Assembly (NCBI GenBank): GCA_032718475.1
Contig: JAUCBJ010001925.1
Location: 1 to 36,931 of the forward strand
Direction: 5' to 3'
DNA length: 36,931 bases
Source: Nemertoderma westbladi
Taxonomy: Eukaryota > Animalia > Xenacoelomorpha
The notes below the pieces were generated by a model, which saw only the letters and a list, made by a program, of their open reading frames with translations, was not told the origin of the DNA and did no database searches. The first letter of the stretch is position 1, and the number at the start of each line of letters is the position of its first letter. Shown piece by piece: positions 12,049 through 24,293 of the stretch. A program made the translations under genes and the position numbers.

Positions 12049-15000
12049 GTGATTATGATTATGTCATCTGCTAATCTACATTTCCTGGCGGATACAGAAA
12101 CCTGGTTTGACAACACAATTTTAGGTGATGAAATTAATGTTAGTAATTTCGGCATTTACAGGAATGACAGGAATAGACATGGTGGGGGTGTTGCAATATA
12201 TTACAGATCGTCACTAGAATTTCCCAAGTCCGAAACAATTGTCAATGGAAAAATAGAAATACTGTTTGGAGAACTGCGGTTGCCAAATACTAAACCAATC
12301 TTGATAGGCGTTGGTTACCGACCGCAGTGGGTTTCTGGCTTCTTTGATGAACCTCAATCAGCATTAAAAGATATCCCAATCTATAATGAAATATATATCC
12401 TAGGTGACTTTAACTATGATACTTTATGCAAAGGCCTGCCTCTATCTGCTAGAGGTCCAGAAGTAGAAACAAGATTAAAGGTGTCTTCTTATTGTGATGC
12501 AACAGGGTATGTCCAACTAATCACAGAACCAACCAGAGTAACATCGACAACAGCCACAACTCTCGATTTAATATTTGTTTCCAATAAGGATTTTGTCAAT
12601 GGAAGTGGTATTGTTGCTAAGTGTGCTAAGTTGCTAAGTATTGGTCTAAGTGACCATTATCTAACTTACGTGACTAGAAAGAGATGCAAATTGAAGATTC
12701 AGGGTGAAAAGACTAAACCAAAGCATTGTAGGAAGTATGCAAATTATTCCAAACGGGTTTTGTTAACAAGTCTGGAAGGTAACCAGAATATCAAAGATAT
12801 TTTAAATGAAGAAGATCTACTGTAGATATAGCTACCACTAAACTTTCTGAGGAGTTGATTTCTACCTTGGACACTGTCGCCCCATTGACACTTATTCGAG
12901 TGAGCCCAATTACTGAACCTTGGGTTAATAAAGAAGTGAGGCAAGCTATAACGGCAAAAAACAATGCGATGAGAAAATTCCATGCGTTACGGACTCGCGA
13001 AAATGAATTATCCTTTAAAAAACTAAGAAATATTGCCACCAAGGTAATTAGACGATCTAAAACCAACTTTATTAAAGACAATCTAACGATGAATAAAGAC
13101 AAACCAAAGGAACTATGGAAGACTCTAAAACGAATAGGTGCGCCAACAAAACGTAGTATTCCAGTCTCCTCTTCTATTGGCTTAACTGTGAATGGATCAA
13201 CTAGCAATGACAATTCTGAAATTGCTGAAGAGTTTAATAAATTCTTTACATCAATTGCAAAGTCTTTGGTGAGTGAATTACCAACTCCAACAGGGAAATA
13301 CGGAGAGGAGTATGTAAGAGAGTTCTACGCGAAGAAAGGAGTGGAACTCAACTCATTTTCTTTAACCCCAACTGACACTGAAGAGGTAGATACAATCCTA
13401 AAAGACCTGCATGTAGATAAAAGTCCAGGTCCAGATGGTATACCGCCAAGATTATTCCGTGATGGTTCAACGGTGCTTGCCAGAATTATTTGTCATATTG
13501 TAAACCTATCAATAAAGACAAGCAAATTTCCACAATCCCTGAAGACAGCCAAGGTAGCCCCTGCATATAAAAAAGGACCACGGTTAATTACTGAGAATTA
13601 TAGACCAATAGCTCTGCTTGCTATACTAGGGAAGATCATAGAGAGGGTCGTTCTAATACGTATACCCCGTTATATCATCAGGAAACGTCTACTCCATAAG
13701 TTCCAATCAGGTTTCAGACTTGGATTTTCTACTGAATCAGCACTAATGTTAGTGGATGAGGCAGTTCGAGATGCAATAGAAAATGGTAAAGTCACAGGAA
13801 TGGTGTTACTGGATCTTAGGAAAGCTTTCGACACCATAAATCACAGTATCCTACTGATGAAATTAAAGTATATTGGTTTTGACAAACCTGCAGTAGAATG
13901 GATTGCTTCATACCTAGCTAACAGAAAGCAATATGTATCAATAAATGGTACTCGTTCCTCAACAAGACATCTAGACGATAATGGCTTGCCACAAGGAGGC
14001 ATACTACCCCCTCCCCTCTTCCTCCTATATACTAATGACTTTGAAGAAGTTCCAACCATAACAACAATCCCACCAACGATTCCACCAACCCACCCTGGCA
14101 CTGTGGCATTGAATGAAGATGTATTACCACCAATGTTCGCGGATGATACTAGTCTATTGAACTCTCAGATCCACTCAACAGATATTTCGAGAACACTAAC
14201 AGCAACCATGGCTAGAGTATCTATGTGGTTGACTGACAACAGACTCAGTTTAAATCTGAATAAAACAGATACCATACTTTTTGGTAGTCACCAACGCCTA
14301 TTATCGGAGCCAGGACTTACAAATATCATGTAACGGTTTAGTCATACCGCCCAAAGATTGTGCCATTTATCTGGGTTGTGAGCTGGATGCGACTCTATCT
14401 GGTAAAGCCATGGCATCGAAAGTTATCAAGAAAGGTAACAGTCGCCTGCAGTTCTTACACAGGAATAGTGCAGTTCTTAGCGGAGGGTTACGAAGACTGC
14501 TTTGTAATGTTTTAATCCAGCATCACATCGACTATGCAGGTCAATGTTGGTTCTTTACAACTCACAAATCACTGCGATTAAAACTGGAATCCCTCCTGCG
14601 GAAATGCATTCGTTTTTGCCTTTTCCTTGAGAAACGCACGCACATTAGTATAGAGCACTTCATTCGGTTGAATTGGCTACCCTTAAAGGAGCGAACCCAA
14701 GTTGCTACTCTATCCCATATGTTCAGAATAGCCAATGGACTAGCCCCAGAATACTTATCAGATATGGTTAAATTCTCTGTTAGAGAGAATCGTCGTGGAC
14801 CAAATCAATACGCTGTTATTCCAAGTCGCAAAACTGAATACGGCCGACAAGCTTTCTCATTTCGAGGCCACCGGCTTTGGAATGATCTCCCTAATGAAAT
14901 AACTCGTATTCCCACGTTAGAAGGCTTTAAACATGCGTTGAAGGACCACTACTTTGAAAAACTCATAGCTGATGATCAGGCAATCTTCTTTTAGCAAGCG

Positions 15001-15510
15001 ACCCAACCTTTTATATTGAAATAACTTTTTAAAATGTTTGATATCTTATATTTTATCCTTTAGGGCAATTCCACGATAAAAGATGATGATTTTAAAGCTT
15101 TTTAAATTTTATTTAAAACTCTTTCGAAATGACTATCAGCCGATACCTATTTTAAAAGATTTAGAATTTTATCACTAATATTTTTAAATATGATACGATG
15201 TTCCGCAATATTATTTTTATCTCATATAGCAATACCTTATTATGGCCTACATTTGCAATATTTTTTCTCGGGGACCCCCATGAAAACGAGTTAAATAACT
15301 CATGAGGCTATCCCCTGCACTATAAATTTACGATGAATTTTTTATCTCATATATACAGTAGATAGTAACACATTCTCTGCTTGTTCTTTGACAGAACTAT
15401 TTAAATGTTATTTGATACTAAATGATATTTGTTACCTACAAAATATTTTTATGATGGTTTTTTAACTTTTTATGCATGGCAATTTTTTTTAAAAAGATGT
15501 AATAAATGTA
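12049..15510 (+). mobile_element. L2/Crack-like LINE ORF2 (APE endonuclease + RT), frameshifted, with 3'UTR
   Basis: APE motifs TETW, GGGVAIY, ILGDFN, TTLDLIF, SDH. RT motifs KSPGPDGI, NYRPIALL, QSGFR, LDLRKAFDTINH, GLPQG, MFADD. C-terminal WNDLP. Three frame-shifted ORFs and a 3'UTR stem GGACCCCCATG...CATGAGGCTATCC. Confidence 0.9.
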
Positions 15511-15535
15511 AAATTAATTGCCTTATGTGTTGTAT

Positions 15536-16680
15536 GTGGGGCGAGCCACGAAGTTAGCGGAGCCTTAGCGAATTGACACTGTTAGGGGGTGGGTCAATTT
15601 ATGCAAATAGTTGTCGTCGTCGTCGTCGTCGTTGTCGTCGTCGTCGTCGTTACGATTTTGACATGCTAATAACTTTGTTGGATTTAAAGCTGCCAAGTTG
15701 AAAATTTGTAGGTATCAATATGAGCAAAAGTTGAGATTTTTGAGAGACTTTCAGACACCATCAGTGCAATGGTCTCCCGCTAGAGGGCCACATGTCTAAA
15801 CATTAAATGGCCACCCATTTCTTTGCTTTTAATCCGTTTAAGCTGAAACTTGGGAAGTATGTACTAGACCATTAGCTGTAAATTTCAAAGGAGGCTAATC
15901 TGTCTGCAGTTCTCCAGTCTGCCGCTAGAGGGCGAAATGTCCCTAATGTGAAATTATTCTTCCATTTAGTTGTTTATGATCTGATTACGCTGAAACTTGT
16001 CATATATGTACTAGATGACATCCTGAGTCTTTGTGTGGATTGTAATCGGTCCGAAGTTTTCCAGTCTGCCGGTAGAGGGCCACATGTCTAAACATTAAAT
16101 GTCCTTCCCATTTTTTGCTTTTAATCCGTTTAAGATGAAACGTGGCAGATATGTACTAAACCATTAGCTATGACTTTCAAATGAGGCGAATCCGTTTACA
16201 GTTCTCCAGTCTGCCGTTAGAAGGCAAAATGTCCCGAAAGTGAAATTAATCTCCCATTTAGTTATTTATGATCTGATCAAGCTGAAACTTGTCATATATG
16301 TACTAGAAGACATCCTAAGTCTTTGTGTGGACAGTAATCGGTCCGGAGTTTTCGAGTCTGCCGCTAGAGGGCGAAATGTAGGAAAGTGATAACCTTCGCG
16401 AATTCCTTGATCTTAATCTATTTAAGCTGAATTTTGGAATATACAGTACCGGTATGTACTAGACCACATGCCTCGTCTTTGTGAGGAAGGTGATCGATCC
16501 GTAGTTCTTTAATATGCCGCTAGAGGGCTAAATGTATGAAAGTGAAAACCTTCCAACATTTCGTTATTTATGATCCGTCAATCGGAAACTTGGTAGATAT
16601 GTAATAGACCATAGGCTGTGGCTTTGTAGGGAAACTAATCCTTCCTTCTTCAGTTACCCAGTCTCCCGCTAGAGGGTTAA
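15536..16680 (+). mobile_element. Helentron/HINE-like non-autonomous element with (GTC)n microsatellite and ~146-bp internal tandem array
   Basis: The 5' motif TGTGG[G/A]GCGAGCCA[C/A]GAA is shared with 22129 and 25948. (GTC)n lies at ~15611-15650. Seven units with CCGCTAGAGGGC-like cores at 15777, 15922, 16069, 16214, 16361, 16517 and 16666. Confidence 0.6.
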
Positions 16681-16719
16681 CGTTTTCCGGGAAATGTATT
16701 GAATCTGGGATTAACTCAC

Positions 16720-16953
16720 TTCTTGAAGCTGTGACTTTCTGTATTTTTCCAGTACAGTTTCCAGAAACAGTTTTATTTTTCCGTCTACAACTTCGATAGA
16801 CGCCACAAGATGCTCCAATTGTTCTTCAGTAACGCCATACTGTAATAGCTGCTCTCTCTGAGCTGTTGAGATATCCCGAACAATCTTCTCCAACACCGAA
16901 TTGTATTTATTGTAATCCGAGAGCAATTGCTGCCAAAACGAGGGATCTTCCAG
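16720..16953 (-). CDS. Orphan helical protein, coding exon 3: LEDPSFWQQLLSDY...EKYRKSQLQE
   Basis: Acceptor ttattattatttag, donor GAA|GTGAGT, 234 bp, phase 0-0. Encodes amphipathic helical sequence unlike a TE protein. Confidence 0.7.
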
Positions 16954-17292
16954 CTAAATAATAATAATTATTGTTAATTAGCCCATAATCAATGAAATTA
17001 ATAATATTATAAGTTGCCATGGTTTCACCATGACCAATCCTACATAAGAATACGACCATCAGAGCTCATCTACATTCTAACCACCAATAATTAAGTCGGT
17101 AAAGTTTTTTTATTATTTAATTTTCACCTAGAAGTATGTGATAATCTGTAATATCTTTGTGATAATCTAGCCTAAAGTACTGTAGGTTACGGTTTCAACA
17201 TAGTTAATCAATAAAAAGTTAATTAATTCAAGAAATATTTCTGAAGAACAATAAAGTGGAACAAGTGGAAGATCAAGTTTTCGAAACAATGA

Positions 17293-17433
17293 TTACTACT
17301 ACTACTATCGGCATGCTGCATTGCAGTGCATTATATAAAAATTACATTAAGAACGATGTGCCGACTTGTCGACAAAAATGTGCCGCCACAACTAGTCCTC
17401 ACGGCGAAAGCAATGTCCTGCAAAGCAGAGGCG
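17293..17433 (-). mobile_element. RTE family A 3' fragment with internal deletion
   Basis: (TAG)n tail plus two non-adjacent blocks matching 26910-27000 and 27145-27183. Confidence 0.8.
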
Positions 17434-18255
17434 GGAGGAGGCATTTTGCTGCACACGCTAACTGTATATCGAAATCTTATATTTTTATCAAAGAATCATT
17501 CAATTTCTGTGCGTATTATATTTATGCCTAACTCATATTGTATGCCACCGTGAACCTTGTTTATATGTTGCCTAGCAGCAGTTATGGTAGTGCTGAACTC
17601 TCATTGGTAACTACCGGAGTAGGTATTCTTGCGTCCTATTGGCTGTTCTATTTTTGCAGTATTGCTTGCTTATATAGTCGATGTTCATCCCATTATTTCC
17701 AGGCGTAACCTAACAACATATTAGCCTGTTGCGAGTCATTGTAACTACAGGACTCGTAATATTTCACCTTGCTGTATTACATTATCAAATTGTTGCATAT
17801 ATTATTGCATTATTATTATTTACTATTATTGGTTTACTATTGTTGATGAATATACAAGACCAGAGATCAGACCAACTCGATTTCCACACGGTTAGTGCTG
17901 ACTGCGCCCTGTCTGTAATAGATTCGGTTCATTCGGAGTGTGTGCGTCCATAGTACTACAATATTATTCCCCAACTGGTAACTAACATCTATTGACACTA
18001 TGTATGCAGCACGAGTGAACTGTGCGCTTACCACGCACTAAGTCCAACATCCTGTCCTACCTGTAATATATGTAAGCCACACGTACATTTATTCGCCAAT
18101 AACACAATATAACGGAACGGTTTACACGTAACTGTCACTTTACTCCCTTGAAGCAGTTTATAAGCGCCGAAACTATATACTTACCGTGATTGATTGTATA
18201 TTCAGGTCAGATATATATATTAGATAATATATATATACACACATACTTTCGTAAG

Positions 18256-18797
18256 TGTTCCTGCTGTGCGGCAGGTACCCCAAGGCACTTGATAACACCC
18301 ATAAGAGTTACAGACAGACTCGTAACGGCATCTGAAGGGTAGCCTCCCGTTAAAAGCCTTGACAAGGCAGCTAATCTGTTCGTAATCGCACAGGTAACCT
18401 AGGCTAACCAGGTAACAACTGACTCGCTGCCTTAGGAACTTGATTGCGGGGACGCAGTTATGGTTTTCCGATTGACCCAAAGGACGACGGCAACCTTCCG
18501 TTTCCAGGAATATGCTTTCCTTATAAAATACTCAGCAGCTCAACGCGTTGCCCTTCCAGCCCAATGTCCGGTAGTTCCCCATTGGTCGGCGCGTGGAATG
18601 CATCTGTGTTACTATGACGATACGCAGATCCCCACTGCACTGTCAGGCCTTCGGATGTCGGTACATTCCCTCCAGTTGAGGAACCGAAGTTCTACTTCCT
18701 TTATGAATTTAACTATTTCTGGGTTAATAAATACATTTATTTTCGTTGTACAAGGAATAGGTTTCCGTTCACCCTGTAGTCTTATAAAGCGATAACA
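18256..18797 (+). mobile_element. Possible solo LTR
   Basis: TG...CA ends (TGTTC...TAACA), TATAAAA at ~18522 and AATAAA at ~18726. No TSD was found, so the 5' end is uncertain. Confidence 0.35.
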
Positions 18798-19094
18798 TAG
18801 AAGACTTGAACGAAATATTTATTAACACCGAATAGTCCTATATTTATTATTATTACAGTATTAACTAACCAGGTTTGTATTTTCCGTTTCTATTCTGATG
18901 GGTAAATGTCGTCTAATGCGCGGAATGTTGGACGTTGAATTGAATCTTGCGTTACACTGGAACTGAAATAGTGAAATAATGAAAATAATATTTATATTAT
19001 AAACTAACAACTTAGTAAATAGGCGACTATACAGTAGCATTCAAGAAAGTAATTTATTGTAAAATATTTCGATAATACAGTGAGTGTCTACACT

Positions 19095-19205
19095 CTCTGG
19101 ATCTGCATCCTTGAAAAGCCGACGAACGCATGTAATTGAATGGCCTCCATATTTGTTGAAGCAATAAGGCTGGCTGCCACAGGACGAGCGTTTGTATAGG
19201 TTGAT
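19095..19205 (-). mobile_element. Old RTE C-terminal fragment
   Basis: DQPIQTLVLWQP followed, after a frameshift, by KYGGHSITCVRRLFKDA. Similar to EDQPVHNLVLWQP...KHGGQPTTFLRRILKDT of RTE-A. Confidence 0.65.
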
Positions 19206-19431
19206 CCTAAATTAAGAACAAGTTTACAACAAATCTGAAATTTTCTTTATGCGAGGTGATACTCCATCTTAGAAGTGGGTCATAAATACGTCACCCATTG
19301 GAAATAATAGGTACAGTATGTGTTCTTGTTCTAAACCCTATGCAGCATGCAGATGTTTGTTTAATCTATTATATTGTTGAGACCTCTGCGGCACTAATAC
19401 GTTTAGAGTGGTTTGGTTATGGGGGTTGTTT

Positions 19432-19656
19432 GCAATCTTCACCCGCGAGCAACCTTCGCCCAATAAGATATGTGTTACTAACCACTTTAGTTACAAATTG
19501 AGGGAAAGGAGCAGGTTACAGAGACGGCTTTTTCTAACCAAAACAATAAACGATGTTGTTATTGATTGAGTGAAATGGGCAGGTTACAGAGACGGGTTTT
19601 TCTAACCAAAACAATAATTGTTTATTGGACGAAGGTTGCTCCCGTGCGAAGATTGC
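19432..19656. mobile_element. Small fold-back element (35-bp arms) with duplicated central core motif
   Basis: 19432-19466 is an imperfect inverted copy of 19622-19656. Two AGGTTACAGA-N10-TCTAACCAAAACAATAA copies lie between the arms. Confidence 0.7.
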
Positions 19657-19834
19657 CGCCGGTTGATAGTTTCTCATTTTAAGGGCGAAGATTTCTCTGG
19701 GCGAAGATTGGGCGCGGGTGAAGTGTTCTGCGTACCGCTATGGGTGGTTAGAGCATCAGCCATAGAAACCTAAGGTGGCGAGTTCCAGCCTACAGAGAAT
19801 TATAGTTTTTTAGTTATTGAATGGGATAATCTTT

Positions 19835-20206
19835 TAGGCTCGTTAAGCCAAGGAATACCTGTTCATCACCTTGGGTGATCTTCCACAGTAAACCCTTCCA
19901 CTCTGTTTCCTAAAGGAATGCCTGTTCACCACCATGGGTGATCTTCCACAGTAAACCCTTCCACTCTGTTTCCTAAAGGAATGCCTGTTCACCACCATGG
20001 GTGATCTTCCACAGTAAACCCTTCCACTCTGTTTCCCAAGTTGCCTTGGTTCCCATTTATCGACCACTGAAGGATGAAAGCCGGGGTTGGGCTAGGCTGC
20101 AGCATTTAAAGCACTGTGCCCAAACAGTGCTGCCCCATCTAGGGATCGAACCCGGCCAACCCGGCGAACTAGACCAATCTGCATCCTGCATTAACTATAA
20201 CTATCC
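19835..20206 (-). mobile_element. tRNA-derived SINE with Deu/Nin-like core and 3x63-bp tandem amplification
   Basis: Box B GGTTCGATCCC (~20142-20152). Core GCTTTCATCCTTCAGTGGTCGATAAATGGG (20052-20081) resembles the Deu/Nin domain as recalled. 63-bp units start at 19851, 19914 and 19977. Confidence 0.65.
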
Positions 20207-21550
20207 TGTTATAAACTATAGGCTTGTACACATTGAAATAACAACCCCGGAATCAAGCTTTTAACTTAACTTATCACTTAGGTTGTTATAGTTGTTATAT
20301 TTGTTATTTAGGCTTTTATCGCTGACTTTTTATTAAGCATTTATCATCCTTGTAACCGGTTCATAAATAAACTCTGGTCATTTCGCTGAAAAGTACTAGT
20401 TTTCATACAATGATGTAAGTAGTTAAAAACCCCTGGTACTACTTTTTATATCTATGTTATAATTTTGAACTGGTGGTTGATTTATAAACTGGGGTTTTCA
20501 AAAATTTATCCTTTTCAATTTCCGATAAAAAAAACTGGGAGTTGTACTAAACAGAATATAAAACTCCCGGGTTTATCAAATTAATGATAAATATTACTGG
20601 TCACTTTAGATTCCGCTTCTTGTACTGTTTGCAAGAGTTTGTGCGTCTGCATTATGTCATCTATAATTACTGTTTATGCGAACCTACAGACATAAAGACA
20701 CATAAAGTCACCGCAGCCATGTCGATTGGTACTTTAGTGGCTCTAAATGGTGGGATCAACTGCGCAAATTGAAAAAAACGAAACTAAATTTAATTTGAAA
20801 CATGTCCGGTCTTTTCTAACCAAAACAATAAAATACTTTATTTTATTTGCGACCAATTTACGTTGGAACCACTTTATTCAATCGTGGTCAATGTGCGGCG
20901 CCTCTATCGGGACTTCTGCTACAAAAGGAAGTCAAATTCCCCAGTGGATGCCTTTGGGACCAGAGGTCGGTTTTATGGTAACTTTCCAATAAGTTTCATT
21001 TAAACCTTTTTTATGTAGAAAAATTCTGTTCGGTAAACCACTGAGTCCGGACCTCCCCAATAGTTACTAATAAATCTCCAGTCTATTTACCACAATTAAA
21101 TATTCGTGGGAGTTTGTTAGAATTATAGGAAAGATCGCAATAAGCAGAGATGTCGGACTGCATAAATAACCAAATAAATGAGTTCAAATGAGGTTACATA
21201 ATGTCGTCTAAATTCATTTAAATACATTTAAAATTTAATTGTGAAACATCATGATTTTAATGTCAAAATACCATTAATATTAGTTTCTAAACAGTAATTT
21301 TGTCGTTAGTAATTAAATATCGATACATACCACACTTATTATTTTACTACGGCAAATTCTTGGCACCCAATGATGTATTTATTTATACTATCTGCGTTGG
21401 CCAAAAGTAAATAACAATTATAGTGGTGTGGACTTTAATTTAATGCGTTTACAAAATACAAAATATCAACGTAGACTGATCGGGTTTCCAATTTTCCGAT
21501 GTAATTATTAATGATTAATGTTAATGAATAACGTAAAGGTAAAGGGTCCC

Positions 21551-22115
21551 AAGCTGATGTTTAGGGCTGCCCTTAGTAGTCTTGTGTAACAAACATCAAT
21601 TCGGTGTTCTAAGTGATTTCGTCAGTGTCCCGGTCTCACCCCGTATAAAAGTACACTTTCCACTGTGGCTCGAAAGAACTTAGTCTTCAGGTGCCTGGAG
21701 AGATCTGATTCCCAGATGGTATCCATTTTTGATAGAGCTACCCATGCCTTTGCCTTCCTAACTTCTATGTCCTTTTTGCTACTCTCTATCCATGATCCTA
21801 GGTACTGGAATTCGTCAACCTTCCTTAGTTAATTATTATCAATTGTTGTCAAGTCCATTAAAAGTCATGAATTCGGACTTGGTAGCATTTATATGCAATC
21901 CAACCTCCTTAGCAGCCCACTCCACTTTATTCAGTAGAAGCTGCGCATCTGCTAGCGTTTAGAGACCAGGGCGATGTCATCCGCAAAGTCGGTGTCTGTG
22001 ACTGTAGTTTCCGGATATCTGGTGCTTCTATGATCATGTAATGTAAACCAAGGATCTCAACAGTTGTGGCCGCCCTCAGAATTCAGTTTCACCATCTGGT
22101 GAGAGTACCTGAGCG
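21551..22115 (-). mobile_element. RTE family B decayed fragment
   Basis: Clear nucleotide similarity to ~31205-31855. Confidence 0.85.
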
Positions 22116-22128
22116 CTGAGCTTCTGAA

Positions 22129-22330
22129 TGTGGAGCGAGCCACGAAAGTAAGCGAGCTTAGCATCCAGGTACCACTATAACTCAATCGGTGTGTCTGTCG
22201 TTCTGTTGTGTTCAATTTTAAAGGTTAATAACTCAGCCAAATCTCGATGAAATCTATCCAAACTTTGTAGACATGTAGTCGGGCAAAAGTTTAGAAATTT
22301 TCCAAGTTGAATTTGGGTGGGGTCTTCGTG
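22129..22330 (+). mobile_element. Helentron/HINE-like element 5' part
   Basis: Aligns with 25948-26165. Confidence 0.6.
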
Positions 22331-22839
22331 TACCACCTGTCTAACTGTCATGCAATTATAATAAATTAATCTATCCAAAATTATTACCTGGTCGCTAGGA
22401 GACTGCAGGATATATACCGTACTGCAGTACTGCTATTGCTGTACGTGGTAGGCCTAGCTTTCAAGGCTGGTTGTCAGGGTGCAGGGTGGTACTGCAGTAT
22501 TGGTACGTGCGGTGGTAGGGCTGTAGGGTAGACCTGCAATCGCCAGATGTCTGAATTGCGATGTTGCGACTATTCAGCCAGTAGCTATATCATGTACGGT
22601 GCTGTAATATTATTAAACAGATGTTTAGCAGTACCGGTACTGCTGTACTGGTGCAGTGGTACCGTAACCGCAACCGTACCTGTACTGCTGTAGGTTACAG
22701 GTACTGTCTTCAGGTCGTTCGCGCCACCCACCCATCGGCTCGGCAGCAGCAACCATGGAAGTTTTGATATTATGCGGACTTACAGACTTAACAGGTTAAG
22801 GTTGTAAGGACTACAAACCTAGACACACCTAACTCCAGA

Positions 22840-23514
22840 TGACTTTTCTGAATCTGGACTACTTAACTTAGATAGTAGAGTTAAGCAGCTACGCCTTAAC
22901 CATGTGCATAAAGTGTATAATGGTAAATGTCCTAATTACCTAAAACAAAAATTCAACAGAGTACGCGATACACACTCTTACAGTACCAGAGCTAGTGCTT
23001 CAAACTTCTACCTCCCGAATTGTAAATCCTTTGAGTCTGATACTTTCTTTTTTAACGGCATTAAAAATTGGAACGCTCTGCCTAATGAAATTAAAAACCT
23101 AGATAATCAACATTCTTTTAAATCTGCAGTTAAATCTCACCTCCGTGTGCAATGTAAAAATAGGTACAATAGTCCTACAGTAAGTTATTAGTTTATTAAT
23201 TATTTACTATTTATACTGTAATTACGTTTTATAATAAATTGTTCTGTACATTACATCTTTATCGTTGAGTCGGGCATTGTCACGCTCTCGGTAAAGTTGT
23301 ACATTACATAGTGTAATTACGTTTTATATGGGCTTTAGGTTAGCGTAGTGTAATATTGTATTTGTAACCAAGTAACATAAAGGACCCCCTTGGAAATAAG
23401 CTGCAAAGCTTTAGGGGTAATCCTATTTGTTATGTTGGACAATACCTTTATACCGGTACATTGTTTGGTGTATTTGTTATTGTTTTTACATAATGTATAA
23501 ATAAATCTATCTAT
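22840..23514 (+). mobile_element. L2/Crack-like LINE 3' end
   Basis: CPNYL...HSYSTR...TFFFNGIKNWNALP motifs, 3'UTR stem GGACCCCCTTGGAAATAAG...GGGGTAATCC, and AATAAA followed by a (TCTA)n tail. Confidence 0.85.
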
Positions 23515-24141
23515 GACTTGTGTAAGTGGCTTGTGAAACGGACTGACAGATTGTCAGGTTGTACCAGCTGACCTTTATTCCATGGTTCCGGTACCCACTA
23601 TACACTAACTGCACTACCCCTATACACACACAGCAACGTGTTGGAATTGTACTCAAACAACTCGCCATCAAGGCCACCCCCTCTGTCTGTCGCAGTGTCG
23701 TTGGCGACCTGGACTTTTATTGTATCGCTACTGCGCTAGCGCTACAGTTAAACTGGACTAACCGAGGAGCTACAGTACAGTAAGACTGGAGAATGCATGG
23801 AACTTTTTGAGTAGTTTGAATGTGGACTTCTATGACATCGATGCCAAGCTGCCAATGCGAAAGTTTTTTTAAAGTAACGGTAACTCACTGCCATCACCCG
23901 GTGTCCAGAGTCCAGCCACGTTTGCCTTGACATGTTGCCCTTGACACGGCTCCGAGCTTCCGGCTCGGGTGCAACAGATGCCCTGCCACACATTAACTCA
24001 TGTTTATGTTCGCCCCAAACTGCCAAATCTCTGCGGCGTATTCTGTCGAAGGGCTTCGAACCGTACCCGTAACGTTAGGCGGATGCCGGTAAAGAATTAA
24101 GACTTAAGTGACGTGAGATCGGATGGATCATTCTATGGTTA

Positions 24142-24293
24142 CTACTAGGATCGGCATGCTGCATTGCAGCTGCATTTTTAAGAATGCTGTGCCGGCTTGT
24201 CAACAAAATTGCGCCGCCACAACTCCCTATCACCCATGACATTTGCTAGATCATCCGCATCTTTAAGGCCAGTGTCCTTTAAGATGCGTCTCA
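24142..24293 (-). mobile_element. Short 5'-truncated RTE family A insertion
   Basis: Near-identical to 26918-27072, with 12-bp TSD ATTCTATGGTTA (24130-24141 / 24294-24305). Confidence 0.9.

Noticed and set aside
16720-16953. Stand-alone CARD/death-fold exon or upstream exon of ITFG1
   Set aside because: ITFG1 already has its own ATG and signal peptide. This exon joins in phase with a signal-peptide exon and a terminal exon, which fits a separate secreted protein better.
24030-24092. Hammerhead or tRNA-like motif (CTGTCGA...GAAC; GGTTCGAAGCCC on the minus strand)
   Set aside because: The catalytic core is mismatched and no box A was found. It is at most a repeat-derived hairpin.
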